A DNA stretch of 63,862 nucleotides, filler included, from Lama guanicoe (lineage: Eukaryota): the NCBI GenBank assembly GCA_013239625.1. It is 76 parts of 75 records of this genome, joined end to end, with 100 filler letters (N's around TTAATTAATTAA, not from the genome) between each part and the next. Parts side by side here need not be neighbours in the genome. Positions count along the whole stretch, not along the records: positions 63,608 to 63,862 come from MU055642.1; 75 more parts are not named here. One strand, 5' to 3'. Of this stretch, positions 63,608 through 63,862 are shown piece after piece. The notes under the pieces are model-generated. The model was given only the letters and a program-made list of their open reading frames with translations. It searched no databases and was not told where the DNA came from. A program made the position numbers and the translations under genes. Position 1 is the first letter of the stretch, and each line of letters starts with the position of its first letter.

Positions 63608-63790
63608 TGTAGGCCTGCACCCGGGATGCGGTAGCGGGGTGGTCAGGGGGCGGGGCGGGGGCGGGGCCGGGGCGGCTGCAGAGATGGCGAATGCGGGGGG
63701 GCACGGGCTGCCCAGGCAAGCCTGTGAATTTCCACCCAGTGTACTTGCGGCATGCTCTGGGCGCGCCCCCTGCTGATTCAGGGGGGCATT
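63608..63790. promoter_or_regulatory. GC-box cluster/CpG-rich promoter-like fragment
   Basis: Tandem GGGGCGGGG Sp1/KLF boxes 63646-63675 followed by AGATGGCG. Confidence 0.55.
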
Positions 63791-63862
63791 TGGCATCCCC
63801 CCAGGTCGGATGGGTCTTGGGAGGATTCCTCCATTAGACAGACAGATAGAAATATAAATAGA

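Overview
This window is not a contiguous locus. It is a concatenation of about 76 short (roughly 0.3-1.2 kb) unplaced mammalian scaffolds joined by an artificial 100-bp linker (N44-TTAATTAATTAA-N44, about 75 copies, stops in all six frames), so adjacency across a linker means nothing. The repeats point to a camelid (alpaca/llama-like); this is inferred from L1 3' ends and satellites, not proven. Most of the sequence is LINE-1, MIR/L2, LTR and Tigger fossils plus several tandem-repeat families: a CpG-rich 267-bp satellite, an older related ~266-268-bp family with higher-order structure, a 248-bp satellite (one scaffold holds an inversion junction), an AT-rich heptamer satellite and a 39/40-bp minisatellite. 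Two gene fragments are recognisable. One is coding exon 1 of an ANKRD26-family gene with RFX/MYB-like promoter motifs. The other is a TRAV10 segment (the iNKT invariant V-alpha gene) whose leader starts with ACG instead of ATG and whose CDR2 carries a 6-bp duplication. I found no support for a new multi-gene system, a CRISPR array or RNA genes. Repeat boundaries were read by eye and are approximate.
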